DNA of 64,000 nt from Candidatus Parcubacteria bacterium (GTDB lineage: Bacteria; Patescibacteriota; Minisyncoccia; UBA6257; HR35), in contig AP024681.1 of assembly GCA_025999335.1 (NCBI GenBank), positions 395,547 through 459,546 of the forward strand, written 5' to 3'. How positions within the stretch are numbered: position 1 is the stretch's first letter; every line of letters starts with the position of its first letter. This document shows positions 37,301-45,283 of this stretch, piece after piece. Made by a program: the position numbers and the translations under genes. The notes beneath the pieces are model-generated. The model had not been told where the DNA came from, made no database searches, and was given only the letters and a program-made list of their open reading frames with translations.

Positions 37301-38236
37301 GGCATTGGAACAACAAGTCCATCAGCAAAACTGCATGTCGTAGGAGGTGATGCTGTATTTAGTCATAGAATAGGCATCAGCACAACTTCTCCTAATGCAA
37401 TGTTAACTATTAGAGGTACATCAACGAATAATTTATTTAGTGTTTATGCTTCTAATTCAGATCAAGTTTTGACTATTAATTATCGAGGTGACATAAATAT
37501 TGGCGGTGGTAAATTTTTTATCAACTACCTTGGTAATGTAGGCATAGGGACAATTATTCCCGGGGTAGCATTAGATGTTTTGGGAGACATAAAATCTAGT
37601 GCAACAATAACAGCAGCAGTAGTATCATCGTCAAAAATATGCTTAGCTGGAACTTGTCGAACTACTTGGCCAAGTGGTAGTGTAGGTAATATTAGCGGGA
37701 GTGGAAACAGTGGTTATATTGCTAAATTCAATGATACAAACTCGATTACAAATTCTGTGATTTATGAACAATCTTCTAATATCGGCATTGGAACAACAAA
37801 TCCATTAGCAAAATTGCATGTTGACGGAGGTGGAGGTAAGGTTGTATTTACTAATAGTAACGTCGGCATTGGAACAACAAATCCATTAGTAAAGTTAGAG
37901 GTTAGCGGTGATGCTAAGTTTATTGGCAATGTTAGCGTTTCTGGTTATGTTGAAGCTGATATGATAAAACAAAAATTTTGTTTAAATTCTTCATGTACTT
38001 CCTTTCGACAATCAACTGCTATAAGAGGTATATATGATGTTAGTGGATCAGGTGGTAGTGGTACGGTTTTATACTGTCGTCCTAATGATAAAGTTATATC
38101 TGCTTTTATGGCTGGCTATGGAGGAAATGATAATTTTGGATGGGAGATAGTAATAAATGATTTGCAAGAAGGAGTTAAATTTTATCCGGAGGTGAATGCT
38201 ACGAATTTAAGAGTTAGATGCTTAAAACTTCAATAA
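34391..38236 (+). CDS. giant (1281 aa) secreted/surface repeat protein with tail-fibre-like (V)GIGTT(S/N)P..(M/K)L.(I/V).G repeats
   Basis: N-terminal signal/anchor LLSIFVFSIIGISYA. At least 8 copies of the GIGTTSP/GIGTTNP motif. Near-identical intragenic DNA repeats. Gly/Ser/Thr/Asn-rich and Cys-poor except at the C-terminal end. Confidence 0.5.
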   Translation: MRSFFEKKLALLRSAALLSIFVFSIIGISYAWQNPTVSPPGGNVDAPVNTGTSTQYKAGALGIGGVFNAYNDAYFGITTGSDTTTAPNVSITGNTVGSGYEYNRDKNFVHLQTGSMQIDSQCSCDISTTVADCPDSVFYSPANLGDICFDYYKTTTISGGASVIQYGRFKYDRSANKGLLGGALQVYNKVLIGSSKNPSSHVPGIEFIKTFQNTPGESNRSLGYFISLIKEGLGFFTNNNTTTPSVFFSQDGTLSINTTTDKSMLTIWGNDRNNLLSIFATPSYPFVFVENRNGDGVMTIGNTKYINYIPLSSGLNVIGDNIILSNYKYPSGGVGVISKNVFAHATRDYFSDVSQYNNIKNRTGVGFRCDSNDDINIDQKNYYNGRDADPNYSVGSVCYDLFTEQVSGATLYGFNEFKVITTQVPSGPVVWQYEGLPSINFIDWRKSLSSFSLFNIGGIFRIQGGTSTILSIDAENKNVGINTISIPTTAALYVVGNIKATGDVCDGNRCLKDITGGGGPSYWHLNGTNLYPTDINYKVGIGTTSPNAMLSIKGTSTNNLFSIYTSSSNPALFVDSSGKIGIGTTTPNYVVDIIGLNSVGSLRLRHTSTNRHLLLGGDWPYIESENAGIFINWHNNQPIYIRRNTLFVETNKVGIGTTSPTSMLTIRGTSTNNLFSIYTSSSNPALFVDSSGKSFFKILPSIFNGDDASVVISNKATIFITNTSSNGLILQNTSTSFYLLTRSGMWTNANSSDPDTCSGNDRENIFKECSQVINSCVDVAKFVNIDESGATTEEYLKSTVTCRLVNDPNSRYQFSVNKDSLVISYASSSNNNLLYIFNNGSVSLGDKIYTDSIHSLYYRGSSTRSFEADTLIARKSIFALNGYVVAKKLCFGLGNCLSDWPSGGSASYWNGRNDPDYIYPIATSYKVGIGTTSPDAMLTIRGNTSSSHLLRVYSVTSTIPALFINNNSNVGIGTTSPSAKLHVVGGDAVFSHRIGISTTSPNAMLTIRGTSTNNLFSVYASNSDQVLTINYRGDINIGGGKFFINYLGNVGIGTIIPGVALDVLGDIKSSATITAAVVSSSKICLAGTCRTTWPSGSVGNISGSGNSGYIAKFNDTNSITNSVIYEQSSNIGIGTTNPLAKLHVDGGGGKVVFTNSNVGIGTTNPLVKLEVSGDAKFIGNVSVSGYVEADMIKQKFCLNSSCTSFRQSTAIRGIYDVSGSGGSGTVLYCRPNDKVISAFMAGYGGNDNFGWEIVINDLQEGVKFYPEVNATNLRVRCLKLQ
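36005..36127 (+). repeat. intragenic direct repeat copy 1 (123 bp) within the giant repeat-protein gene
   Basis: Near-identical to 36347-36469. A 78-bp core (36050-36127) is 100% identical to 36392-36469. Confidence 0.85.
36347..36469 (+). repeat. intragenic direct repeat copy 2 (123 bp), 342 bp (114 codons, in frame) downstream of copy 1
   Basis: gttggcatcggcacaac[t/c]tctcct...ggtacatcaacgaataatttattcagtatttatacctcttcttctaacccagctttgtttgttgatagtagtggtaaa. A third, more diverged copy lies near 37368-37470. Confidence 0.85.
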
Positions 38237-38299
38237 TAGGATATTATAAGATTATTCAGTGAAATTCAGTTAAATTTAGTATATTATAAATTTTTTAAA

Positions 38300-40624
38300 A
38301 TGAACTTACAAAATAAATTATATTTAGTTAAAGCGGGTTTGGTGCTAGCGATTTTAGTTTTTTTAATATTTTTGTTTAATTATTTTGTTAAAGCTCAAGA
38401 ATCATCAGGATCTCCATCTTTTAATGTTTCTGGTTGGGCGTGGACTAATATGGCTTCAGGTTCATCTCCTATTTATGATCATGATCCAACTATTGGTTGG
38501 GTGGTTTTTAGTTGTAATACAAAGATTAAAAAGAATAACGACACAGAAGAACCAATTAAAATCTGTAGCGACGGTCTTGATAAAGGTAAGATATGCAACA
38601 TTGGCGTAGCTACCGGAATCCCACGAGTTGATTGTAGAAATTATGATGGTAGCATTAATAATGGCTTTTGTCAAGATGCTTGCAGAGTTTCTCGTTTTGG
38701 AGTTGATATTAATACTTCAACTGGATGTATAACTGGTGATGCTTGGAGCTCTAATATTGGTTGGATTAGTTTTAACAAAAATTCTTCTACTTTTATAAAT
38801 GGGATTTCAAGATTCCCCAATGGTTACAATCCAGCAAGCAGCACTTGTCCCAATTCTTTAGCTGTTTTAGAATCAACAAGCACGCTTTTTGTTACTACCA
38901 CAAAAATATTAGGTTGGGCAAGAGCTGTTGCGCCTGCTATTTTTCAGGATAGAGAGGGCAGATTTTATGATCCTCATCCTAACTCAGGAGGATGGGATGG
39001 TTGGATTAGCTTTAATAAATTCACCGGCACTGTTGATTATGGTGTATACATTGATAAAAATGGTGATTTTCACGGTTGGGCATGGAGTGATGATAAAATT
39101 GGTTGGTTGTCGTTTAATAGCGAAGATACTAGATCAACTATTCCTTATAAGGTTTCTTTAAGTAGTTCAACAATTTCAAGAAATTTAGCGCTTACTTTAA
39201 CTCCTAATCCTAATCCAGTGACTGTTGGTCAAACAACTACTTTTAGTTACAGCACTTCAGGAACTGTAAATTGTAATATTACTGAATTTTGGTCAGGCGT
39301 GCCTTGTGGTTTAAGTATTACTACATCTTCTTGTAACTATGTGCCAACAGCAACTGGTAATTATGCTTATTACATCGCAGCAACAGCAACTTGCGCTGGA
39401 ATTACATTTTTTGCTACTAGTGGTACGACTTTAGTTGTTACTGATGCTCCAATTGCGACTTTAAATATTAATAGCTATCCTTCTGGTGTTTCCTTTAATA
39501 GTTCCTTTGGTAGTTTCACTACTCCTCGTACCGTAACCTCAACAGCAACTATTACTGCTACTTTAATAGCGTCATCATCGGTTAACAAAAATGGAACTAA
39601 TTATGATTTTGTTGAGTGGGTTAACTGCAATTCTGTAAGTGGTTCTAATGGTGAAACTTGTAATGTAAGCGTAAATCCAGGAGAGACTATAAGTATTACA
39701 GCTAATTATAGGGCGCGTGGTGTAGCTACATTAAATATTATTAGCTCGCCTATTAGCGTTTCTATTAATGATGCTTTAATAAACGGATCTAGCGCAAACT
39801 TTACTACTCCTCATACCGTAACATCAACAGCAACTATTACTGCTACTTTAACAGCACCACTATCGGTCATAAGTGGAACTAATTATGATTTTGTTAAGTG
39901 GGTTGACTGCGATTCTGTAAGTGGTTCTAATGGTGAAACTTGTAATGTAACCGTTGCTCCAGGTGCAATAACTACTGTCAGTGCTAATTACAACACATCT
40001 TCACCTCCATCTCCACCTACAACAGGTAGTACTACTTTAAAAATTGTTACTCCTGCATGTAATGGCGAGATAGCAACTACATCTCATTTAAGTAGATATG
40101 CAGCTAGGAGTGACCCTCAAGGCGGAGAATATTTATCAGCTTTCAACACGACCTCACTTATAACTGAATATAATGCGTTTTTGAGTAGTAGAGATGCAAA
40201 CAGAACTCAATGTCCTTATATTGTTATAAATGATAAAAGTTCTTCGTTTAAATTATTTATAGATGTTGAAAATGTTAATACTTCTACTACTTATACTATT
40301 AAAATTAAAAATAACACATCTGGAAAGGAGGGTTCATTATTAGATGAGACGAGATTTAGTCAAAGCAATGAATTAAAATATATAAGCATAACTGATATTA
40401 GCGCTGATGGAATAATGAGCGAATTCGCAGGTCTTAATACTGTTTCATTAGAAGAATTTAGGTCAAGAAATGTGGTGGCTACGTCATCTTTAAATATATA
40501 TGGATTGCGCGTAGGTGGCGATTCATGTTATTTAAGGAATCAACCTGAGAAAATTTCAAGCAGTATCTATAGGTCTTTGTGTAATTTCTGGATTAATGAG
40601 ACAGGAATGATTAGACAGCAATGA
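38300..40624 (+). CDS. secreted Cys-containing repeat protein with three GW(I/L)SFN motifs and a tandemly duplicated ~90-aa Thr-rich domain
   Basis: Signal/anchor GLVLAILVFLIFLFNYFV. Motifs GWISFNKNSS, GWISFNKFTG, GWLSFNSEDT. Duplicated ...FTTP(R/H)TVTSTATITATL...GTNYDFV(E/K)WV(N/D)C(N/D)SVSGSNGETCNV(S/T)V.PG...(T/S)ANY... at about 39.45-40.0 kb. Confidence 0.45.
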   Translation: MNLQNKLYLVKAGLVLAILVFLIFLFNYFVKAQESSGSPSFNVSGWAWTNMASGSSPIYDHDPTIGWVVFSCNTKIKKNNDTEEPIKICSDGLDKGKICNIGVATGIPRVDCRNYDGSINNGFCQDACRVSRFGVDINTSTGCITGDAWSSNIGWISFNKNSSTFINGISRFPNGYNPASSTCPNSLAVLESTSTLFVTTTKILGWARAVAPAIFQDREGRFYDPHPNSGGWDGWISFNKFTGTVDYGVYIDKNGDFHGWAWSDDKIGWLSFNSEDTRSTIPYKVSLSSSTISRNLALTLTPNPNPVTVGQTTTFSYSTSGTVNCNITEFWSGVPCGLSITTSSCNYVPTATGNYAYYIAATATCAGITFFATSGTTLVVTDAPIATLNINSYPSGVSFNSSFGSFTTPRTVTSTATITATLIASSSVNKNGTNYDFVEWVNCNSVSGSNGETCNVSVNPGETISITANYRARGVATLNIISSPISVSINDALINGSSANFTTPHTVTSTATITATLTAPLSVISGTNYDFVKWVDCDSVSGSNGETCNVTVAPGAITTVSANYNTSSPPSPPTTGSTTLKIVTPACNGEIATTSHLSRYAARSDPQGGEYLSAFNTTSLITEYNAFLSSRDANRTQCPYIVINDKSSSFKLFIDVENVNTSTTYTIKIKNNTSGKEGSLLDETRFSQSNELKYISITDISADGIMSEFAGLNTVSLEEFRSRNVVATSSLNIYGLRVGGDSCYLRNQPEKISSSIYRSLCNFWINETGMIRQQ

Positions 40625-40712
40625 TTTGTTTTGTTTGAAGTATATGGTATAATAATAAATAATTATACAAGGGGTTGATTTATTTTTTTGCAAAAATTTT
40701 TAGATTTTTATT

Positions 40713-41549
40713 ATGTCAATAAAAACAATAAAATCTCGTAGTTCAGGAAAGATTATAAGAGTTTTGGTTGATAAGTCAGCGATAATAACGGCGCAAAAAC
40801 CGTACAAGCCTTTAACTGTTGCTTTAAAAAAACGAACTGCTCGCAATTCTCAGGGAAGAATTACTGTTCGTTTTAGAAGTAATCCTTATCATAGACGTTT
40901 ATATCGTATTATAGATTTTTCCCGTTTAGATAAAAAAGGTATTGTAGGCACGGTAGAAACTATTGAATATGATCCTAATCGAAGCGCTTTTATTATGTTA
41001 GTAAGTTACTTGGATGGTGATAAAAGATATCATTTAGCGCCAGAAAACATCAAAGTAGGAGATAAAATTGTTTGCGACGAGAATACTTCTTTGCAGATTG
41101 GCAATCGAATGGCTTTAAAAAATATTAATTCAGGAACAGAGATTTTTGAATTAGAGTTAGTTCCGGGTTCAGGTGGTAAGTTGATTAGATCAGCGGGTTC
41201 TTTTGGGGTGATGATGGGAATTGAAAAAAATTATGCTTTAATTAAAATGCCATCAGGTGAAATTCGTAAGATTCACAAAGAATGTTATGCAACTTTAGGA
41301 CGCGTGTCTAATTCAGGTCATCGTTTAGAGCAATGGGGTAAAGCAGGTCGTAGTCGTTGGCAGGGTAGAAGACCTAAGGTAAGAGGTTCAGCAATGAATC
41401 CGAGGGATCATCCTTATGGCGGTGGTGAAGGTAAGGCAACTCGTGGTACGCGCAAACCTAAAGATAAATGGGGTAATATTACTGGCGGTAGAAAAACAAG
41501 AAACGTTAAAAAACCTTATTCAAAGCTTATAATTAAACGTAGAAAGTAA
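40713..41549 (+). CDS. rplB: 50S ribosomal protein L2
   Basis: 278 aa. ...GRNSQGRITVRFRSNPYHRRLYRIIDF... and ...HPYGGGEGKATRGTRKP... Confidence 0.95.
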   Translation: MSIKTIKSRSSGKIIRVLVDKSAIITAQKPYKPLTVALKKRTARNSQGRITVRFRSNPYHRRLYRIIDFSRLDKKGIVGTVETIEYDPNRSAFIMLVSYLDGDKRYHLAPENIKVGDKIVCDENTSLQIGNRMALKNINSGTEIFELELVPGSGGKLIRSAGSFGVMMGIEKNYALIKMPSGEIRKIHKECYATLGRVSNSGHRLEQWGKAGRSRWQGRRPKVRGSAMNPRDHPYGGGEGKATRGTRKPKDKWGNITGGRKTRNVKKPYSKLIIKRRK

Positions 41550-41567
41550 TTTTAATATAATTGAATA

Positions 41568-41882
41568 ATGAGTAGGAGTATTAAAAAAGGTTTTTATGTT
41601 AACGAAAAATTAATGAAGAAAGTTATGAAGGTTAGGGAATTGCCTTTGGAAGATAGACCTAAAAATGTTATTAGGACTTGGTCTCGCGATTCAACAATTA
41701 CGCCCGAAATGATTGGTTTAGTTTTTGAAGTTCACAATGGTAAGAATTTTATTAAAGTTAAAGTAGTTGAAGATATGGTTGGTCATAAATTAGGCGAGTT
41801 TGCGCCAACGCGTAAATTTATTAAACATGGTGGTAGGGCGGCTGAATTAATGGCAAAAAAGCAAGGACAGGCGACTAAATAA
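41568..41882 (+). CDS. rpsS: 30S ribosomal protein S19
   Basis: 104 aa. [19 protein letters not shown]...[28 protein letters not shown]... Confidence 0.9.
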   Translation: MSRSIKKGFYVNEKLMKKVMKVRELPLEDRPKNVIRTWSRDSTITPEMIGLVFEVHNGKNFIKVKVVEDMVGHKLGEFAPTRKFIKHGGRAAELMAKKQGQATK

Positions 41883-41893
41883 TTTTTTTAAAA

Positions 41894-42301
41894 ATGCCAG
41901 AAGCTATTGCTAAATTAAATTATTTTAGAATGTCACCTCGCAAAGTACGTATGGTGGCAAAGATAATCAAAGGTTTACCGGTTAATTATGCCGAAAGACA
42001 ATTGATGTTTTATAATAAAAAAGCTGCTAAAGCATTGTTAAAGCTTTTAAAATCAGCAATAGCCAATGCAAAAAATAAAGGTTATGATAGTAAAGATTTA
42101 TATGTTGAAAAAATAGTTGTTAATGAAGGACCACATTTATTAAAAAGATTTTATCCTAAAGCAAGAGGAAGAGTTGGTAGAATTTTAAAAAGAATGTCGC
42201 ATATAGAAATTTGCCTTGGTAAAATTGAAAATATGCCTTTGCGCAAAAAAGAACAAAAAAATAAACAAGATAGTCAAAAATTAATAACACAGACTTCATA
42301 A
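41894..42301 (+). CDS. rplV: 50S ribosomal protein L22 with a C-terminal extension
   Basis: 135 aa. ...FRMSPRKVRMVAKIIKGLPVNYAERQL... and ...KRFYPKARGRVGRILKRMSHIEI... Confidence 0.85.
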   Translation: MPEAIAKLNYFRMSPRKVRMVAKIIKGLPVNYAERQLMFYNKKAAKALLKLLKSAIANAKNKGYDSKDLYVEKIVVNEGPHLLKRFYPKARGRVGRILKRMSHIEICLGKIENMPLRKKEQKNKQDSQKLITQTS

Positions 42302-42305
42302 GCAA

Positions 42306-42995
42306 ATGGGTCATAAAGTATCGCCAACAGGATTAAGATTGGGCATTAATAATTATTGGAAATCAAGATGGCTAACTTTGAGAAATTATAAAGTTTTTTT
42401 AGAAGCTGATTATATTATTCGTAAAACTATAAAAGAAAATTTTCCCAAGGCTTCAATTGTAGAAATTATTATTGAAAGAAAAAGTTTGGATATATGTAAA
42501 TTGATTATTAAAACCGCCAAACCAGCTTTTTTAATCGGTAAAGAAGGACAAGTTTTAAAAAATTTAATTAAAAAAATAGAAAAAAACACAGAAGCTTTGT
42601 TTAAGCAGAATAACTTATCTATGCCAAGACTAGATGTTGATATTGTTGAGGTTAAAAAACCATTTTTATCAGCTGCTTATTTAGCTGAATTAGCAGCAAT
42701 TGATATAGAAAAAGGTATGAACACAAGAAAAGTTTTGAAAAAAATTATAGAAAAAGCTAAGCAAAGCAAAGAAATTATCGGTATTAAAGTTAAAGCTAGC
42801 GGAAGATTAGAAGGAGCAACAATTAAGCGAAGAGAAACAATTATTTCGGGAAGAATGTCGTTGTCAAAATTAATTGCTGATATTGATTATTGCGAAAGAC
42901 AGGTATTTACAAAATCAGGTATTGTTGGTTTAAAAATATGGCTTTACAAAGGCGATAAAGATAATTATCTTGATTTAGACAATGTTTCAGCCTAA
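42306..42995 (+). CDS. rpsC: 30S ribosomal protein S3
   Basis: 229 aa. MGHKVSPTGLRLGIN..W.SRW. and KH-like central domain. Confidence 0.9.
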   Translation: MGHKVSPTGLRLGINNYWKSRWLTLRNYKVFLEADYIIRKTIKENFPKASIVEIIIERKSLDICKLIIKTAKPAFLIGKEGQVLKNLIKKIEKNTEALFKQNNLSMPRLDVDIVEVKKPFLSAAYLAELAAIDIEKGMNTRKVLKKIIEKAKQSKEIIGIKVKASGRLEGATIKRRETIISGRMSLSKLIADIDYCERQVFTKSGIVGLKIWLYKGDKDNYLDLDNVSA

Positions 42996-43392
42996 AAAGT
43001 TAAAATTTCGTAAATTTCAATCAGAAAGAATTTTAAGCAACAGTTTAGCTACTAAAGGTTATTCTTTGGTTTATGGTAAGATGGGTTTAAAAGCATGCGA
43101 AGGAAAAATGATTAATGATAAACATCTTAATGCTTGCGTAAATGAGTTGAAGAGAAGATTAGGCAAAAAGGGAAGGTTTTGGTTGCGTATTTTTCCGCAT
43201 ATACCTAAAACAAAGAAACCTCCAGAAACAAGAATGGGAGGTGGTAAGGGCGATATTGAGAAGTATGTAACATTTGTTAAAGCAGGTAATATTTTATTTG
43301 AAGTTGATGGCTTAGATGATGCATCTTTAAAGAATGCTTTGAAGCTAACAAGCTATAAATTACCGCTTAAAACAAAAATTGTCAGTCGTTGA
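42982..43392 (+). CDS. rplP: 50S ribosomal protein L16
   Basis: 136 aa. MFQPKKLKFRKFQ...PETRMGGGKGDIEKYV... Confidence 0.9.
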   Translation: MFQPKKLKFRKFQSERILSNSLATKGYSLVYGKMGLKACEGKMINDKHLNACVNELKRRLGKKGRFWLRIFPHIPKTKKPPETRMGGGKGDIEKYVTFVKAGNILFEVDGLDDASLKNALKLTSYKLPLKTKIVSR

Positions 43393-43442
43393 TTTTGTTA
43401 AGATCATTTAGTTAAAGACTATGTTATAATTTTTTTATTGCT

Positions 43443-43631
43443 ATGAAAACAGCTGAATTAAGAAATAAAACAATACCAGAGTTGCAAAAATTAGCTAGAG
43501 ATTTAAGAGCTAAAATTAATCAGTTAATCACTGAAAAATCTTTTAATCGTTTAAAAAATACTAATTTAATTAAATTGCATAAAAAGGATTTAGCCAGAGT
43601 TTTAACTGTTTTAAAAGAAAAGTCAAAATAA
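43443..43631 (+). CDS. rpmC: 50S ribosomal protein L29
   Basis: 62 aa. MKTAELRNKTIPELQKLARDLRAKINQL... Confidence 0.8.
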   Translation: MKTAELRNKTIPELQKLARDLRAKINQLITEKSFNRLKNTNLIKLHKKDLARVLTVLKEKSK

Positions 43632-43649
43632 AAGTATAATATTTTTACA

Positions 43650-43901
43650 ATGAGAAAAAAAGTTAAAGGCGTAGTTATTTCAGATAAAATGAATAAAAGT
43701 CGTGTTGTTATAGGTAAAACATTAAGGCAATATCCTTTGTATAAAAAATATTATCAGCATATTACGAAGTATTATGTTCATGATGAGAAAAATCTTTCAA
43801 GAGTCGGCGATGAGGTTTTAATTGAGGAGACAAGACCTTTATCAAAATTAAAAAGGTGGCGTTTAGTTAAAATTTTAAAGAAAAACGAAGAACAACAATG
43901 A
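43650..43901 (+). CDS. rpsQ: 30S ribosomal protein S17
   Basis: 83 aa. ...KGVVISDKMNKSRVVIGKTL...YYVHDEKNLSRVGDEVLIEETRPLSKLKRWRLV... Confidence 0.85.
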   Translation: MRKKVKGVVISDKMNKSRVVIGKTLRQYPLYKKYYQHITKYYVHDEKNLSRVGDEVLIEETRPLSKLKRWRLVKILKKNEEQQ

Positions 43902-44272
43902 TTCAACGTAGAACTATTTTAAATAGCGCTGACAACTCAGGAGCAATAAAATTACAGTGCATTGGTATTATTAAAAAAGGAAATGCTCGTTATGCGGAGA
44001 TAGGTGATTTGATAACTTGTTCAGTAAAAGTTGCTGAACCTCGAAGCGAGGTTAAGAAAGGAGATGTTGTTAAAGCAGTTGTTGTTCGTCAGAAAAATAA
44101 TTATCATCGCAAAGATGGCACTTATATAAGGTTTGAAGAAAATGCATGTGTTTTAATAAAGAATTTAAAAACAAAAGAAATTGTTGGTAACCGTATTTTT
44201 GGTCCAATCCCTCGTGAAATAAAAGAATTAGGTTATACGAAAATAGCTAATTTAGCAGTTGAATTAGTTTAA
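43898..44272 (+). CDS. rplN: 50S ribosomal protein L14
   Basis: 124 aa. MIQRRTILNSADNSGA...IRFEENACVLI...GPIPREI... Confidence 0.95.
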   Translation: MIQRRTILNSADNSGAIKLQCIGIIKKGNARYAEIGDLITCSVKVAEPRSEVKKGDVVKAVVVRQKNNYHRKDGTYIRFEENACVLIKNLKTKEIVGNRIFGPIPREIKELGYTKIANLAVELV

Positions 44273-44280
44273 ATAAAATA

Positions 44281-44589
44281 ATGAAAATCAAAAAAAACGA
44301 TTTAGTTTTAGTTATTAAAGGTAAAGATAGAAAAAGAACGGGCAAAGTTATAAAAGCTTTACCAAAAGAAAATAAAGTTGTCATTGAAGGTTTAAATTTG
44401 GTAAAAAAACATATACGCCCTCGTCGTCAAGGAGAGAAAGGAAAAATTGTCGAAGTGCCAAGACCGATTTATGTGAGCAATGTTAAGCTTATTTGTCCGA
44501 AATGTGGTGATGCCACTAAGGTTGGCTACAATATTGTCGATAATAAGAAAAAACGTTTTTGTAAAAAATGCAAAAAGATTATAGATTAG
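44281..44589 (+). CDS. rplX: 50S ribosomal protein L24 with a C-terminal C4 zinc-ribbon extension
   Basis: 102 aa. KOW region ...KIKKNDLVLVIKGKDRKRTGKVIK..., then ...ICPKCGDATKVGY...RFCKKCKK... Confidence 0.85.
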   Translation: MKIKKNDLVLVIKGKDRKRTGKVIKALPKENKVVIEGLNLVKKHIRPRRQGEKGKIVEVPRPIYVSNVKLICPKCGDATKVGYNIVDNKKKRFCKKCKKIID

Positions 44590-45074
44590 ATTTAAAGAAA
44601 ACACACCCGGTTAGAGGTATAATTCAGATTGGTATTGGTAAATTGATAACTCAGCATTCCGATAGTGAAAAGAAAATCATTGAAGATGCTACTTATGTTC
44701 TGTCAATGGTTACCGGACAAAAACCAAAAATTGTTAAAGCAAAGAAATCTATTTCTGGTTTTAAGTTAAGACAAGGAATGCCGGTCGCTGTTTTAGTTAC
44801 TTTACGTAAAAAAAGATTATTAGATTTTATTAAGCGATTGATAATATATGCTTTACCGCGTACTAAAGATTTTTATGGATTAAATAAAAATAATTTTGAC
44901 AATAAGGGAAATATTAATTTAGGCTTAAAAGATTTAAATGTTTTTCCGGAAATAGTTTCTGATAAAATTAAATATAGTTTTGGAGCGCATATTAATTTAG
45001 TTGGTTCTGGTAAAACTAAAGAAGATAATATTAAAATGTGGCAAGAATTAGGTTTTCCAGTATCTAAAAAATAA
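44568..45074 (+). CDS. rplE: 50S ribosomal protein L5
   Basis: 168 aa. ...VLSMVTGQKPKIVKAKKSISGFKLRQGMPVAVLVTLR... The ORF-track start overlaps the rplX end; the true start may be slightly downstream. Confidence 0.85.
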   Translation: MQKDYRLDLKKTHPVRGIIQIGIGKLITQHSDSEKKIIEDATYVLSMVTGQKPKIVKAKKSISGFKLRQGMPVAVLVTLRKKRLLDFIKRLIIYALPRTKDFYGLNKNNFDNKGNINLGLKDLNVFPEIVSDKIKYSFGAHINLVGSGKTKEDNIKMWQELGFPVSKK

Positions 45075-45093
45075 AAAGTTTAATTATTAAACA

Positions 45094-45279
45094 ATGGTTA
45101 GCAAAGCACAAATAGAACGTTGGAAAAAAACACCAAAGTATAAAACAAGAAAAAGAAATGTTTGTTTTCGTTGTGGTCGAACACGCGCTTTTTTTCGAGA
45201 CTTCTCTTTATGTCGTATTTGTTTAAGAGAAATGGCTCATAAAGGCGAAATTCCCGGATTAAAAAAAGCAAGTTGGTAA
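45094..45279 (+). CDS. rpsN: 30S ribosomal protein S14, zinc-binding type Z
   Basis: 61 aa. ...[20 protein letters not shown]... Confidence 0.9.
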   Translation: MVSKAQIERWKKTPKYKTRKRNVCFRCGRTRAFFRDFSLCRICLREMAHKGEIPGLKKASW

Positions 45280-45283
45280 AACA

